From NCBI GenBank assembly GCA_964498965.1, contig CAZCJU010000004.1:1-59965 (forward strand): 59,965 bases of DNA, given 5' to 3'. This document shows positions 9,444-18,682 of the stretch, piece by piece (within the stretch, counting starts at the first letter, position 1; each line of letters starts with the position of its first letter). Under the pieces are notes generated by a model. That model was given only the letters and a program-made list of their open reading frames with translations, made no database searches and was not told where the DNA came from. This DNA comes from an uncultured Lachnospiraceae bacterium (GTDB taxonomy: Bacteria > Bacillota > Clostridia > Oscillospirales > CAG-272). Both the position numbers and the translations under genes were made by a program.

Positions 9444-11021
9444 TTATTTTTCGAGAAGCGATTCTTCCCATGCCGCAGGCTTCTCCAAGTCGAATATATC
9501 CGCAACAGTCGGTGCGACATTGGCAAGTCCCGCTTTGTCGAGCGTCTTGAGCTTATAATCTCCGTTTGCCACTATAAAAGGCACTGGATTGAGCGAATGT
9601 GCGGTACGGACCTGTATTTTTCCTTTTTTCGTTTTTTCGAGCATCTCGTCTGCGTTGCCGTGGTCCGCCGTAACGAGGAGGACGGTATCGGTATCGCGAC
9701 ACGCCTTAAGTATTCTCGCAAGGCAGAGGTCAAGTGCCGAAACGGAAACTATGACCGCATCCAAATTACCCGTATGTCCGACCATATCTCCGTTGGGGAA
9801 ATTGCAACGTAGAAAATCGTACTTGTCGCCGTATATTTCTTCTATAAGTCTGTCGGTGATGTCCGCACACTTCATCCACGGTTTGAGGTCGAAGCTTATA
9901 TTATCCGACGGGATCTCCTCGTACTCTTCAAGCTCCTCGCTGAATTTTCCGCTCTTATTTCCGTTCCAGAAATAAGTTACGTGTCCGTATTTCTGTGTTT
10001 CGGATATAGCATATTGTCTTATATTGTGCTTTACCAAAAGCTCGGAGAGCGTGTCCTTTATTTCGGGGGGTGCCACGAGATATCTTTTGGGTATATTAAG
10101 ATCTCCGTCGTATTGAAGCATTCCGGCATATATCACGTTGGGACGTCTGCCTCTGTCGAAATAAGGAAAATCGTCGTCGTCGAACGCCATTGACAATTCT
10201 ATCGCCCGGTCGCCTCTGAAATTAAACAGGACAACGGCATCTCCGTCTGTCATTTTTCCGACAGGCTCGCCGTTTTCCGCAATTACGAATGCGGGCAGAT
10301 CCTGATCTATGATACCTTTGTTCTCCGTTCTGTACGCTTCTATCGCTTCTTTTGCCGAAGCAAACTGTCTGCCGATGCCATGCACATGAGTATCGTAGCC
10401 GAGCTTTACCATATTCCAATCGGCTTTATATCTGTCCATAGTGATCTTCATACGTCCGCCACCGCTCGCTATTTTGCCGTCAAAGCCGTTCAAATTCAGC
10501 TGTACGAGCTTTTCCTCGAGCATATCGACATACGTCAACGCACTGGTTGCAGGCACATCGCGTCCGTCAAGCAATATATGGACTCTCGCCTTTTTTATTC
10601 CCTCGCCGGCGGCATGCTCCAGCATCGAAAGCAGATGTGAAATATTCGAATGCACGTTTCCGTCGGAAAGCAATCCGATAAGATGAAGCGTTCCGCCCGC
10701 TTTGCAAGCGTCGGCGATCTCGCCCCACGCCGAAGATCCGTATATTTTTCCGCTCTCTATGGATTCGTTTACGAGTTTTGCTCCCTGAGAATATATCTGT
10801 CCGCATCCCAAAGCGTTATGTCCGACCTCGCTGTTTCCCATATCGTCATCGGAGGGCAATCCCACCGCCGAGCCGTGTGCCTTAAGGCTGACACAAGGAC
10901 GCTGCTTCATAAGCTCGTCGAGTGTGGGTGTGTTTGCCAGCGTCACACCGTCGCCCAAGCCGGTCTTCGATATGCCTATTCCGTCCATTACAACAAGTAC
11001 AACTTTTTTCATGTTTTTCAC
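9444..11021 (-). CDS. gpmI: 2,3-bisphosphoglycerate-independent phosphoglycerate mutase
   Basis: MGNSEVGH, SDGNVHS, DGRDV, NFRGDR, ETQKYGHVTYF, DMVGHTG, TADHGN motifs. Confidence 0.97.
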   Translation of the reverse strand: MKNMKKVVLVVMDGIGISKTGLGDGVTLANTPTLDELMKQRPCVSLKAHGSAVGLPSDDDMGNSEVGHNALGCGQIYSQGAKLVNESIESGKIYGSSAWGEIADACKAGGTLHLIGLLSDGNVHSNISHLLSMLEHAAGEGIKKARVHILLDGRDVPATSALTYVDMLEEKLVQLNLNGFDGKIASGGGRMKITMDRYKADWNMVKLGYDTHVHGIGRQFASAKEAIEAYRTENKGIIDQDLPAFVIAENGEPVGKMTDGDAVVLFNFRGDRAIELSMAFDDDDFPYFDRGRRPNVIYAGMLQYDGDLNIPKRYLVAPPEIKDTLSELLVKHNIRQYAISETQKYGHVTYFWNGNKSGKFSEELEEYEEIPSDNISFDLKPWMKCADITDRLIEEIYGDKYDFLRCNFPNGDMVGHTGNLDAVIVSVSALDLCLARILKACRDTDTVLLVTADHGNADEMLEKTKKGKIQVRTAHSLNPVPFIVANGDYKLKTLDKAGLANVAPTVADIFDLEKPAAWEESLLEK

Positions 11022-11042
11022 CTATCCGTTATTTTCCGTATT

Positions 11043-11960
11043 TTATAAGATTTCCGAAACGATTTCATATATTTCATCACCGACTTGTTCTGCGGCTCTG
11101 TCGGTATTGACTATTTGCACATTGTCCTCGCCGTTGAGCATTCTGAACACATCGGCAAAACGGTGTTTGATCTTTCTTATCATGTCCTCGGTTTCGAATA
11201 TTTCCTTTGTGGTTCTCGTGTTTGCGATACGCTTAGCACTCACCTCTGCGGGAAGTTCGAGAAAGATGCATATATCCGGTTTTATTATGTCCCGACAGCC
11301 TATATTGCAATCGACGAGCCATTTCATGCTTGTATCGACACCCTGATACGCAAGTGAGGAATAATAATACCTGTCACACAAAACGTCGCAACCGGATTCC
11401 AGCATTTTTCTTATTCCGTTCACCGGATTCACATTGTGGTGTATTCTGTCCGCCAGAAACAGTGCGGCAAGCTCCGTTGACGAGCGTTGAGTATAACCGC
11501 TCAGCGTATCTCTTATAAGTCCTCCGACAGCTCCCTGTGTAGGCTCCGCAGTCGTATACACGCGTCTGCCGGCTTCGGTCATTCGCTTTGCGAGCCGTGC
11601 GAGGTGCGTCGTTTTACCCGCACCGTCGATACCCTCAAGCACTATGAACGCTCCGCCGGATCGATTCTTTTTTTCCGCATTCGAGGTATATTGCAACGTT
11701 TTTCGGCTTTCGTACATTGCATACAGCACATCCGAGGACATTTTCGCCGATGTCGCTTTTTTCAAAAAAGCGTCCGCCTCTTCGCCCGTGCCGAAGCTTT
11801 TTTCGCCGACACCGCAACACCAGAGATACAACTCGAGTGCCGTATCCGCATCGGTGCCTGCCCAATTCGACAAAGCGGTTGCATCGGCTTCGCCGAGTCT
11901 GCTTCGTATAAAATCGTAGGATTCGTCCTCCGTTTGCAAAAGTCTTAATTCCGATATCAA
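11043..11960 (-). CDS. tmk: Thymidylate kinase with an N-terminal extension of about 100 aa
   Basis: FIVLEGIDGAGKTT P-loop, LFLADR, DRYYYSSLAYQG, PDICIFL; TTG start with SD GGAG. Confidence 0.9.
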   Translation of the reverse strand: MISELRLLQTEDESYDFIRSRLGEADATALSNWAGTDADTALELYLWCCGVGEKSFGTGEEADAFLKKATSAKMSSDVLYAMYESRKTLQYTSNAEKKNRSGGAFIVLEGIDGAGKTTHLARLAKRMTEAGRRVYTTAEPTQGAVGGLIRDTLSGYTQRSSTELAALFLADRIHHNVNPVNGIRKMLESGCDVLCDRYYYSSLAYQGVDTSMKWLVDCNIGCRDIIKPDICIFLELPAEVSAKRIANTRTTKEIFETEDMIRKIKHRFADVFRMLNGEDNVQIVNTDRAAEQVGDEIYEIVSEIL

Positions 11961-12022
11961 AATAAACAGCTCCGAATTAAATAATTTGTTTTGCGTTTAA
12001 CGCAAAATCGTACATTGCACTC

Positions 12023-12051
12023 ATTATATCATATTTTAAAAGAAAAATCAA
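12023..12051 (-). promoter_or_regulatory. Sigma-A-like promoter for the tmk-gpmI-GAP1-polA unit
   Basis: Minus strand TTGATT, 17 bp, TATAAT. Confidence 0.55.
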
Positions 12052-12197
12052 TATTATATGCAATCACAACTATGAATTTTTATGTTTTTTTCATGTGATT
12101 GAAAGTGAAAATGTAAATTTTTTGTGTAGCATATTGTAAAATATCTCGTTTTATGTTAATATCGTGTTGTAAAATAATATTGATACGGAAGTATTGT

Positions 12198-13607
12198 ATG
12201 AAAGTTTTCAAACGCATTATCACGACAATTATTTTGCCGCTGTTGTTGCTTTCGTCCTGCTCGGTAGCCTCCGACAGCGGCGAAGCGACGACGGATGCAC
12301 AAAAAAGTGACACAAACGAGTCCTCGCCCGTTGAGGACACCGTTTCCGAGCCGAATACGGACGGAACAATGCAGGAGGAGTACGGCACTATGCACGCAGA
12401 AACGAACAAAGAAGAAATCACCGACGGCATGACCGCAACACCCGAAACCGAACCTGTGTCCGAAACCGAAGAAGTGACCTCGGGTACAACGGAAGTCACC
12501 TCGTCGCCCGAAACGACAAAAGCTCCGGAAACCACGAAAGCACCCGAAACGACAAAAGTTCCGGAAACGACAAAGCCGATCGAGCTTCCCGAGCCGGAGG
12601 AGGTCGGACTTGATATAACCGACCGCACCGACCTCGTTTCGATATGTTATTCGATATGGTTCGATCCAATAATAGATTCGGGTATATACAACATTCAACA
12701 GGCACTCGACGGCGTGTCCGACTGGGGACCCGTAAACGCCTTTCACTACTGGGGCGAGCCGGCTTTGGGCTATTATAAAAGCACGGACAAATCGGTAATA
12801 CGCACACACATGACGCAGCTTGCGGATGCGGGGATTGATTTCATCATAATCGACAACACAAACGGAAACGCAAAGGATTGGGGTAATTATTACACCAGAA
12901 TGGTCACTAATCCCATGACCGCATTGCTCGACACGATACTCGAAATGCGTAGCGAGGGCTTGAAAACGCCATATGTCGTTATGTGGAACAGAGTTGCCGA
13001 CGACTGTTTATGGTCGACCGCGGAACAGACATACACCGCATTCATATCCAAGGAAAAATATGCCGACTGTTGGGTATATTGGGACGGCAAGCCTTTCATG
13101 TGTCTTACGAAATTAGGCAGCAACAGCTGTCCGCTGAGCAATTTCAAATACAAAAACGAATTGACCCTGCGTCAAATGACGGTCGAAATAATAACACGCA
13201 CGCTTAAAACGAATGAATGGTCGTTTTTATACGACCTGCAAAAGCCGTGTCTTGACACAAACGGCAATTACGAGCAGATAAGCATTTATACTGCACGTCA
13301 AAGTACCTATATGTCCCTGACAAGCACCGCACGGGGCAGACAGGGCGGAAAGACGTTTTACTACGGCTGGAAAAAGGCCTTTGCCTATCACCCGAAAGTG
13401 GTCACGCTCACTTGGTGGAACGAATGGGCGGCACAGCGTCTGAGTGACGGCAACGGCGGTTACGTCTTTGTAGACAACTACACCATGGAATACAGTCGCG
13501 ATATCGAGCCTATGAAGGGCGGTCACGGTGACAAATACTATCAATGGATGAAACAATACATTGCGGCATACAAGTCGCACAAGGATTGCCCGAAGCTCTA
13601 CGACTGA
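12198..13607 (+). CDS. Lipoprotein with a GH99/GH71-like glycoside hydrolase domain
   Basis: Lipobox LLLSSC; T/E/P linker; HYWGEPALGYY, HMTQLADAGIDFIIIDNTN, DGKP, TWWNEW and SRDIEP motifs. Confidence 0.7.
   Translation: MKVFKRIITTIILPLLLLSSCSVASDSGEATTDAQKSDTNESSPVEDTVSEPNTDGTMQEEYGTMHAETNKEEITDGMTATPETEPVSETEEVTSGTTEVTSSPETTKAPETTKAPETTKVPETTKPIELPEPEEVGLDITDRTDLVSICYSIWFDPIIDSGIYNIQQALDGVSDWGPVNAFHYWGEPALGYYKSTDKSVIRTHMTQLADAGIDFIIIDNTNGNAKDWGNYYTRMVTNPMTALLDTILEMRSEGLKTPYVVMWNRVADDCLWSTAEQTYTAFISKEKYADCWVYWDGKPFMCLTKLGSNSCPLSNFKYKNELTLRQMTVEIITRTLKTNEWSFLYDLQKPCLDTNGNYEQISIYTARQSTYMSLTSTARGRQGGKTFYYGWKKAFAYHPKVVTLTWWNEWAAQRLSDGNGGYVFVDNYTMEYSRDIEPMKGGHGDKYYQWMKQYIAAYKSHKDCPKLYD
12508..12579 (+). 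repeat. 18-bp coding tandem repeat (PETTKx) x4
   Basis: CCCGAAACGACAAAAGCT / CCGGAAACCACGAAAGCA / CCCGAAACGACAAAAGTT / CCGGAAACGACAAAGCCG. Confidence 0.9.
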
Positions 13608-13882
13608 GCATCATTTGCGTTTTTCTTCATAATATACTTTAATCTGGTCGCCTCGCCCCCTCGCAGGTGTCGCTGTGCCTTGTTTTCCGCAAGCACAGCT
13701 CCGACATCTGCCCAAAGGGACGGGGCGATTTTTTTTAATTTTTCCGTCACGTCCTTATGTACGGTTGATTTGGAAACACCGAATTTAGATGCACAGCCTC
13801 TGACCGTTGCCGAATTTTCGACTATATATTCACCGAGCAGCACACATCTTTCTTTATCGTCGCAGTACATATTAACCCCCAC
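13598..13882 (-). CDS. spoIIID: Sporulation transcriptional regulator SpoIIID
   Basis: YIVENSATVR..A..FGVSKSTVHKDVTEKL...NKAQRHLRGGEATRLKY signature; the start may be the ATG at 13870. Confidence 0.95.
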   Translation of the reverse strand: MGVNMYCDDKERCVLLGEYIVENSATVRGCASKFGVSKSTVHKDVTEKLKKIAPSLWADVGAVLAENKAQRHLRGGEATRLKYIMKKNANDAQS

Positions 13883-13900
13883 AAAAAATTCTCACACTCG

Positions 13901-13929
13901 ATATTATGTATCACGCTTCATTTTTATTC
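13901..13929 (-). promoter_or_regulatory. Putative sigma-E promoter of spoIIID
   Basis: Minus strand GAATA, 16 bp, CATAATAT; fits the sigma-E consensus, and spoIIID is an established sigma-E target. Confidence 0.6.
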
Positions 13930-14044
13930 GGTCAAGCGTCGTATTCAGTGTCATATCTTCTGTTAAATGTCATGCGTCCTGCGGAATTTCACACATTTTT
14001 TTCCGTTTCATATCATATATCAGAACATTCACGGGGGGTAACTT

Positions 14045-15112
14045 ATGGAAATATCCGAACAACCGAACACTTATTTTGCCGCTTGCAATTCAATGAACGG
14101 ATTTTTATGCAGATTCGATGAAATTCTTTTCACCGACGAGATCAAGCGGATATTTATTTTAAAAGGAGGTCCCGGTACCGGGAAATCGTATCTTTTACGT
14201 GTTTTGGGTACTCACGCGGAAGAGCAAGGAATACCTGTCGAATACTTTCTTTGCTCGTCGGACACAAGCTCGCTCGATGCGATAATGTTCCCCACTCTCG
14301 GCTGCGTGATCGCAGACGGTACCGCGCCTCACGCACTCGAGCCTAAATATCCCGGAGCGGTGGAAACTATAGTCAATTTGGGCAATTTCTTTTCACCCGA
14401 CGTTCTTACGCATCGTGCCGAGGAAATAATATCGCTTGCCAACGAAAAATCGCTCAACTACCGCAGTGCATACACATATCTCAAGTGTGCCGGATCGCTT
14501 CGGGAACACTGTGTATCGTACATCGAGCGTTGTATCGTTCCGGCAAAAACGGAAAACATTGTCAAGCACGAACTTTCCCGACTGACGCTAACCTACGGAA
14601 AAGAAAAGCTACGCCTCATAAGGGCAATCGGCGTTCACGGGCAAGTCGAGGTAAGCGGTTTGGACAAAAATGCCGTCAGGCGTGTCGCCGTGACCGAGCT
14701 TTACGGTGCCGGCTACGCTTTTACCGAAGCCTTACGTCAAAGACTGCTCAAAGAAAACGTCGAATTCATTTCAAGCCGCGATCCGCTTTTGCCCGACCGC
14801 ACGGACGCACTGCTTTGCGGAGGCGTTTTATACAAAGTCACTACGTCTTCTTGCGAGGAATACGACGCAAGCATAAATTCCGCACGATTTATCGATGTGA
14901 AAAAACTGCGAACCGTTTCCGACGAGCTTAAACGCAGCAAAAAAATCGCCTCCGCATTGACTGCGGAAGCGATCAAGTATCTTACTAGATCCGGAGAAAT
15001 ACATTCCGAGATCGAAAAAATTTATTTCGAAGCAATGAATTTCAAGGCGAAAGAAGAGTTTACCCGAAAATTCTGCTCGGAGCTTTTCGACAACGGTTCA
15101 GGTCTTGCTTAA
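14045..15112 (+). CDS. P-loop ATPase, PRK06851-like conserved Firmicute family
   Basis: YFAACNSMNGF, ILKGGPGTGKS, CSSDTSSLDA and DGTAPH motifs. Confidence 0.75.
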   Translation: MEISEQPNTYFAACNSMNGFLCRFDEILFTDEIKRIFILKGGPGTGKSYLLRVLGTHAEEQGIPVEYFLCSSDTSSLDAIMFPTLGCVIADGTAPHALEPKYPGAVETIVNLGNFFSPDVLTHRAEEIISLANEKSLNYRSAYTYLKCAGSLREHCVSYIERCIVPAKTENIVKHELSRLTLTYGKEKLRLIRAIGVHGQVEVSGLDKNAVRRVAVTELYGAGYAFTEALRQRLLKENVEFISSRDPLLPDRTDALLCGGVLYKVTTSSCEEYDASINSARFIDVKKLRTVSDELKRSKKIASALTAEAIKYLTRSGEIHSEIEKIYFEAMNFKAKEEFTRKFCSELFDNGSGLA

Positions 15113-15862
15113 ATGCATGACCAACGAATGGGGTAGGAGCTTTGCGAAAACGCGATAAAATTTGTAGAAAAATTTATTCGTGTAAACGCTCCTGCCCTTT
15201 TTCGCATTTTTCAATGCACCTTTTGCCACTTTTTGCGGTATACACCTCGGAAGTGTATTGAATGTCTTTGATTTATCGTATATATCAGCCACCGACAAGA
15301 ACTCCGTATCCATAGGTCCCGGGCAAACGGCAAGCACGTTTATGCCCCTTTGCTTAAGCTCGAATCTCAGCCCTCTCGAATAGCTCATAACATACGCCTT
15401 TGTCGAAGAATAAACCGTCATTCTCGGATTCGGTGCAAAGGACGCTATGGAACAGACGTTGATGATAAACGAGTCTTTTTCCATATACTTCAAGCACATT
15501 GTGGATATTGCGGTAAGTGCCTTACAGTTCACGTCCACCATTGCCGCCTGAGCGATATACGTTTCGTCCTCGATGTTTCCGAGCTTACCGAAGCCGGAAT
15601 TGTTTATAAGTATTTTAATATTCGGCTTCACCTCGTCAAGCGTATCGTACAGCCGCATAAGCGATTCATCCAGTGACAGATCGAGCGGTAATACTCTCGT
15701 TTTTATACGACACCCTTCGCCGAGCTTTTCAAGTCTTTCCTTCCTGCGTGCTATAAGCCATATTTCGTCGATATCCTTATATTTTTCGCATATCTCGTCG
15801 AAAAAGCATTTTCCGAGTCCCGACGACGCACCCGTTATTATTGCCGTATTCATGCACATCAC
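15098..15862 (-). CDS. Short-chain dehydrogenase/reductase
   Basis: TGASSGLG, NNSGFG, YSSTK (YxxxK), CPGP. Confidence 0.92.
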   Translation of the reverse strand: MMCMNTAIITGASSGLGKCFFDEICEKYKDIDEIWLIARRKERLEKLGEGCRIKTRVLPLDLSLDESLMRLYDTLDEVKPNIKILINNSGFGKLGNIEDETYIAQAAMVDVNCKALTAISTMCLKYMEKDSFIINVCSIASFAPNPRMTVYSSTKAYVMSYSRGLRFELKQRGINVLAVCPGPMDTEFLSVADIYDKSKTFNTLPRCIPQKVAKGALKNAKKGRSVYTNKFFYKFYRVFAKLLPHSLVMHLSKT

Positions 15863-15934
15863 CTCGCCGTAATTGTAACACAGCTTATAAAATTATTCAA
15901 GACCTCGGCAATAAATTTTACAAATCGCAGAAGC

Positions 15935-16705
15935 TCATTGCGATATTTTGTTTTTCAATCTCAGATTATCGGAGATCATTGCGATAAATTCGCTGTTTGT
16001 CGGCTTGCCGCGACTGTTTTGAATGGTATATCCGAAATAAGAATTGAGTATGTCGATATCACCTCTGTCCCATGCGACCTCGATAGCGTGTCTTATCGCA
16101 CGCTCGACTCTGGAGGGCGTTGTCGCATACTGCTTTGCCACGGTGGGATAAAGCACCTTTGTTACGGAATTTATTATATCTCCGTCGTTTATCGCCATGA
16201 TTATCGCCGTTCGCAAATACTGATATCCTTTTATATGTGCGGGAACGCCTATACGGTGTATTATTTTCGTCACCTGCGTTTCCAGATCCTCCGTATATTC
16301 TCCTCCGTGCGACATCATGCGTCCCTGCCTCATTCCCATCAATCTTATCATTCGGTCGGCAAGTACATTGTAATCAAACGGCTTCATCATACAATACGCC
16401 GCACCCGCTTCGTCCGCTTCTATGTAAATGTTCTGATTGTTTACTATAGTAAGCACTATAAACTCCGGGTACGGAGGTTCAAGTACCTCGTTTGCTTCCC
16501 TTATCAAATGGATACCGTCTATTTTCGGCAGCCATGCGTCGGCAAGCACGAAATCATAACTTCCCCTCTTTATTTTCTGCAACGCTTCTTCGCCGTTTAC
16601 CGCCTCATCGGCTGTAAAATTACCCGTTTTAACGAGATTTTCACGGCATATCGCACGAAAATCCGAATTCGAATCCGCTATAAGTACCTTGATTTTTGTT
16701 TCCAT
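15935..16705 (-). CDS. spo0A: Sporulation master regulator Spo0A
   Basis: Receiver domain plus [34 protein letters not shown] and KPTNSEFIA. Confidence 0.97.
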   Translation of the reverse strand: METKIKVLIADSNSDFRAICRENLVKTGNFTADEAVNGEEALQKIKRGSYDFVLADAWLPKIDGIHLIREANEVLEPPYPEFIVLTIVNNQNIYIEADEAGAAYCMMKPFDYNVLADRMIRLMGMRQGRMMSHGGEYTEDLETQVTKIIHRIGVPAHIKGYQYLRTAIIMAINDGDIINSVTKVLYPTVAKQYATTPSRVERAIRHAIEVAWDRGDIDILNSYFGYTIQNSRGKPTNSEFIAMISDNLRLKNKISQ

Positions 16706-16741
16706 TACGTTTTTCCTTTCTATCCTCGTAAGTACACTGTA

Positions 16742-16770
16742 ATAATACCATATTTTTCCATAAATTGCAA
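16742..16770 (-). promoter_or_regulatory. Sigma-A-like promoter of spo0A
   Basis: Minus strand TTGCAA, 17 bp, TATTAT with extended TG. Confidence 0.55.
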
Positions 16771-16879
16771 TAGTCGGAACAAAAAAATAATTAACAAAAT
16801 TTAATTTCCATTTTCTGTATAATTTGTATAATATTTACTTTTTAACCATTTATTTCTATTTTGTTTGCGTATCAAAGAC

Positions 16880-16911
16880 AAAAAAATGCCCGTCGAAATG
16901 CTCGACGGGCA
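16880..16911 (-). terminator. Intrinsic terminator after the GH2 gene
   Basis: TGCCCGTCGA...TCGACGGGCA hairpin with a T tract on the minus strand. Confidence 0.75.
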
Positions 16912-16948
16912 AATTTATTCCGTTTGCGGGTGTGCGGGTGATGGAAAT

Positions 16949-18607
16949 TTATTTAAGCAGTCCCTTTGTTGCGAGAGCGAGCTTTTCAACATCGAATTTG
17001 GGCTTTCGGTCGTATGTATAAAGACCGTTTTCCTCCTGTTCGACATCCGTGAGCTGGGTATAGCAAAAAGCACAGAAGTTGTCGTTATCGTATATCGCTT
17101 TGATAAGTCCGGCGTATCTCTCGATAAACTCGTCCGTATCGTTGACGGCTTTACCGTAGCCCCATGCTCCGCCGTTTGCGGTGCTTCCCGTCCAGCGTGT
17201 TCCGCCGAATTCGGATATAAAGCACAGCTCGGGCGATTTTTCGGTCATTTCTTTGAGAGCCTGAGCGAATTTTTCGGGATCCTGCTCGTAATTGTGTGCA
17301 TCGAGCATATCGCCTATGCCCTCTACATGAACCCAACCGCTCGTATCTATAACGGGACGTGTGGTATCCACCGTTTTGGTAAGTCTGTAAACGGTCGCTA
17401 TAAGCTCGTTATCCTGATCCTGATGCGTTTCGTTAAACGGACACCAACCGATTATTGCGGGATGGTTATAATCTCTGTCGAGTGCTTCGCACCATTCGGA
17501 GATAAAGCCTTTATACGCCTCGGGCTTTGAAAGGTCAAGCTCCCAGCTTGCATGCTCTCCCCACACCATATAACCGTGAACGTCGCAGTAATGCAAAAAT
17601 CTCGGTTCGAATATCTTCTGATGAAGTCTTGCACCGTTGTAGCCGCACGCCTGTGAAAGGAGAATATCGTTTTCGAGGGCCTCTGCGGTAGGAGCCGTAT
17701 ATATGCCGTCGGGATAAAAGCCCTGATCGAGGATAAATCTGCCGTATATTTCCTCGCCGTTGAGGTAGAATTTATGATTTTCGACACCCACCTGTCTGAT
17801 ACCGAAATAGCTTTTCACCTTATCCTCGCCGAGGGTAAGCACAAGATCGTACAGATTAGGTTCATCGGGTGACCAAAGCTTCGGTTCACCGAGCTTAAAG
17901 AAAAGTTCGCCGTTCGTTCCGCAGACCGTACATTCTTCATGTGCAAGCAACTCGCCTTTGAAATACACATCAGCCGAAAGCATTTTACCGCTTGCGTTTT
18001 CGGTAAGAGCGGATATTCTTACGCTTCCGTTGATGCTTGTATTGTATTTTGCTTTGACAATATACGAATCCGGGACATTTTCAAGCCACACCGTTTGCCA
18101 GATCCCCGTGGTACGGGTATAAAAGCAACCGTGCGAGTGATATTGAAACGCCTGCTTGCCCGTGGGTAAAAAGGGCGAACGCGTGTCGTCCTCGGCATAC
18201 ACTGTCAACGTATTGTCGCCGCCGTGAAGCAGCTCTGTTATATCGCAGACGATCGGAGTATAACCGCCGAAGTGAGTTGCCGCTTGCTTTCCGTTCACCC
18301 AAACGGTCGTGCGATAATCGCACGCACCTATGTGAAGTACGGTGCGTCCCGATTTAAACTCGTCCGCATTTATAACACGCTTATACCATACGGCATACAT
18401 GAAATCCGTGTTTTGCACGCCCGACAGCTTGCTTTCGGGGCAAAACGGGACAATTATCTCGCCGTCAAGCGTTTCCTTTTCGGGATAGCCCTTCCATATG
18501 CCGTTTTTGCCGTTATCGATCTCAAACTGCCATTTTCCGTTAAGATTGATCCATTTTTCTCTTTTCCACATGGGATTGGGGTGTTCTGCTCTCGGAATAC
18601 CGTTCAT
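16949..18607 (-). CDS. Glycoside hydrolase family 2 (beta-galactosidase/glucuronidase-like)
   Basis: WINLNGKWQF, HFGGYTP, TGIWQTVWLE, ILDQGFYPDG, HPAIIGWCPFNE (acid/base) and ISEFGG (nucleophile). Confidence 0.92.
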   Translation of the reverse strand: MNGIPRAEHPNPMWKREKWINLNGKWQFEIDNGKNGIWKGYPEKETLDGEIIVPFCPESKLSGVQNTDFMYAVWYKRVINADEFKSGRTVLHIGACDYRTTVWVNGKQAATHFGGYTPIVCDITELLHGGDNTLTVYAEDDTRSPFLPTGKQAFQYHSHGCFYTRTTGIWQTVWLENVPDSYIVKAKYNTSINGSVRISALTENASGKMLSADVYFKGELLAHEECTVCGTNGELFFKLGEPKLWSPDEPNLYDLVLTLGEDKVKSYFGIRQVGVENHKFYLNGEEIYGRFILDQGFYPDGIYTAPTAEALENDILLSQACGYNGARLHQKIFEPRFLHYCDVHGYMVWGEHASWELDLSKPEAYKGFISEWCEALDRDYNHPAIIGWCPFNETHQDQDNELIATVYRLTKTVDTTRPVIDTSGWVHVEGIGDMLDAHNYEQDPEKFAQALKEMTEKSPELCFISEFGGTRWTGSTANGGAWGYGKAVNDTDEFIERYAGLIKAIYDNDNFCAFCYTQLTDVEQEENGLYTYDRKPKFDVEKLALATKGLLK

Positions 18608-18682
18608 TTTTTGACAGACCTTTCTGAATTTAATAATATTTTATTATTTTACCGTTGAAATTTTTTGCTATTTTCGTTATAA

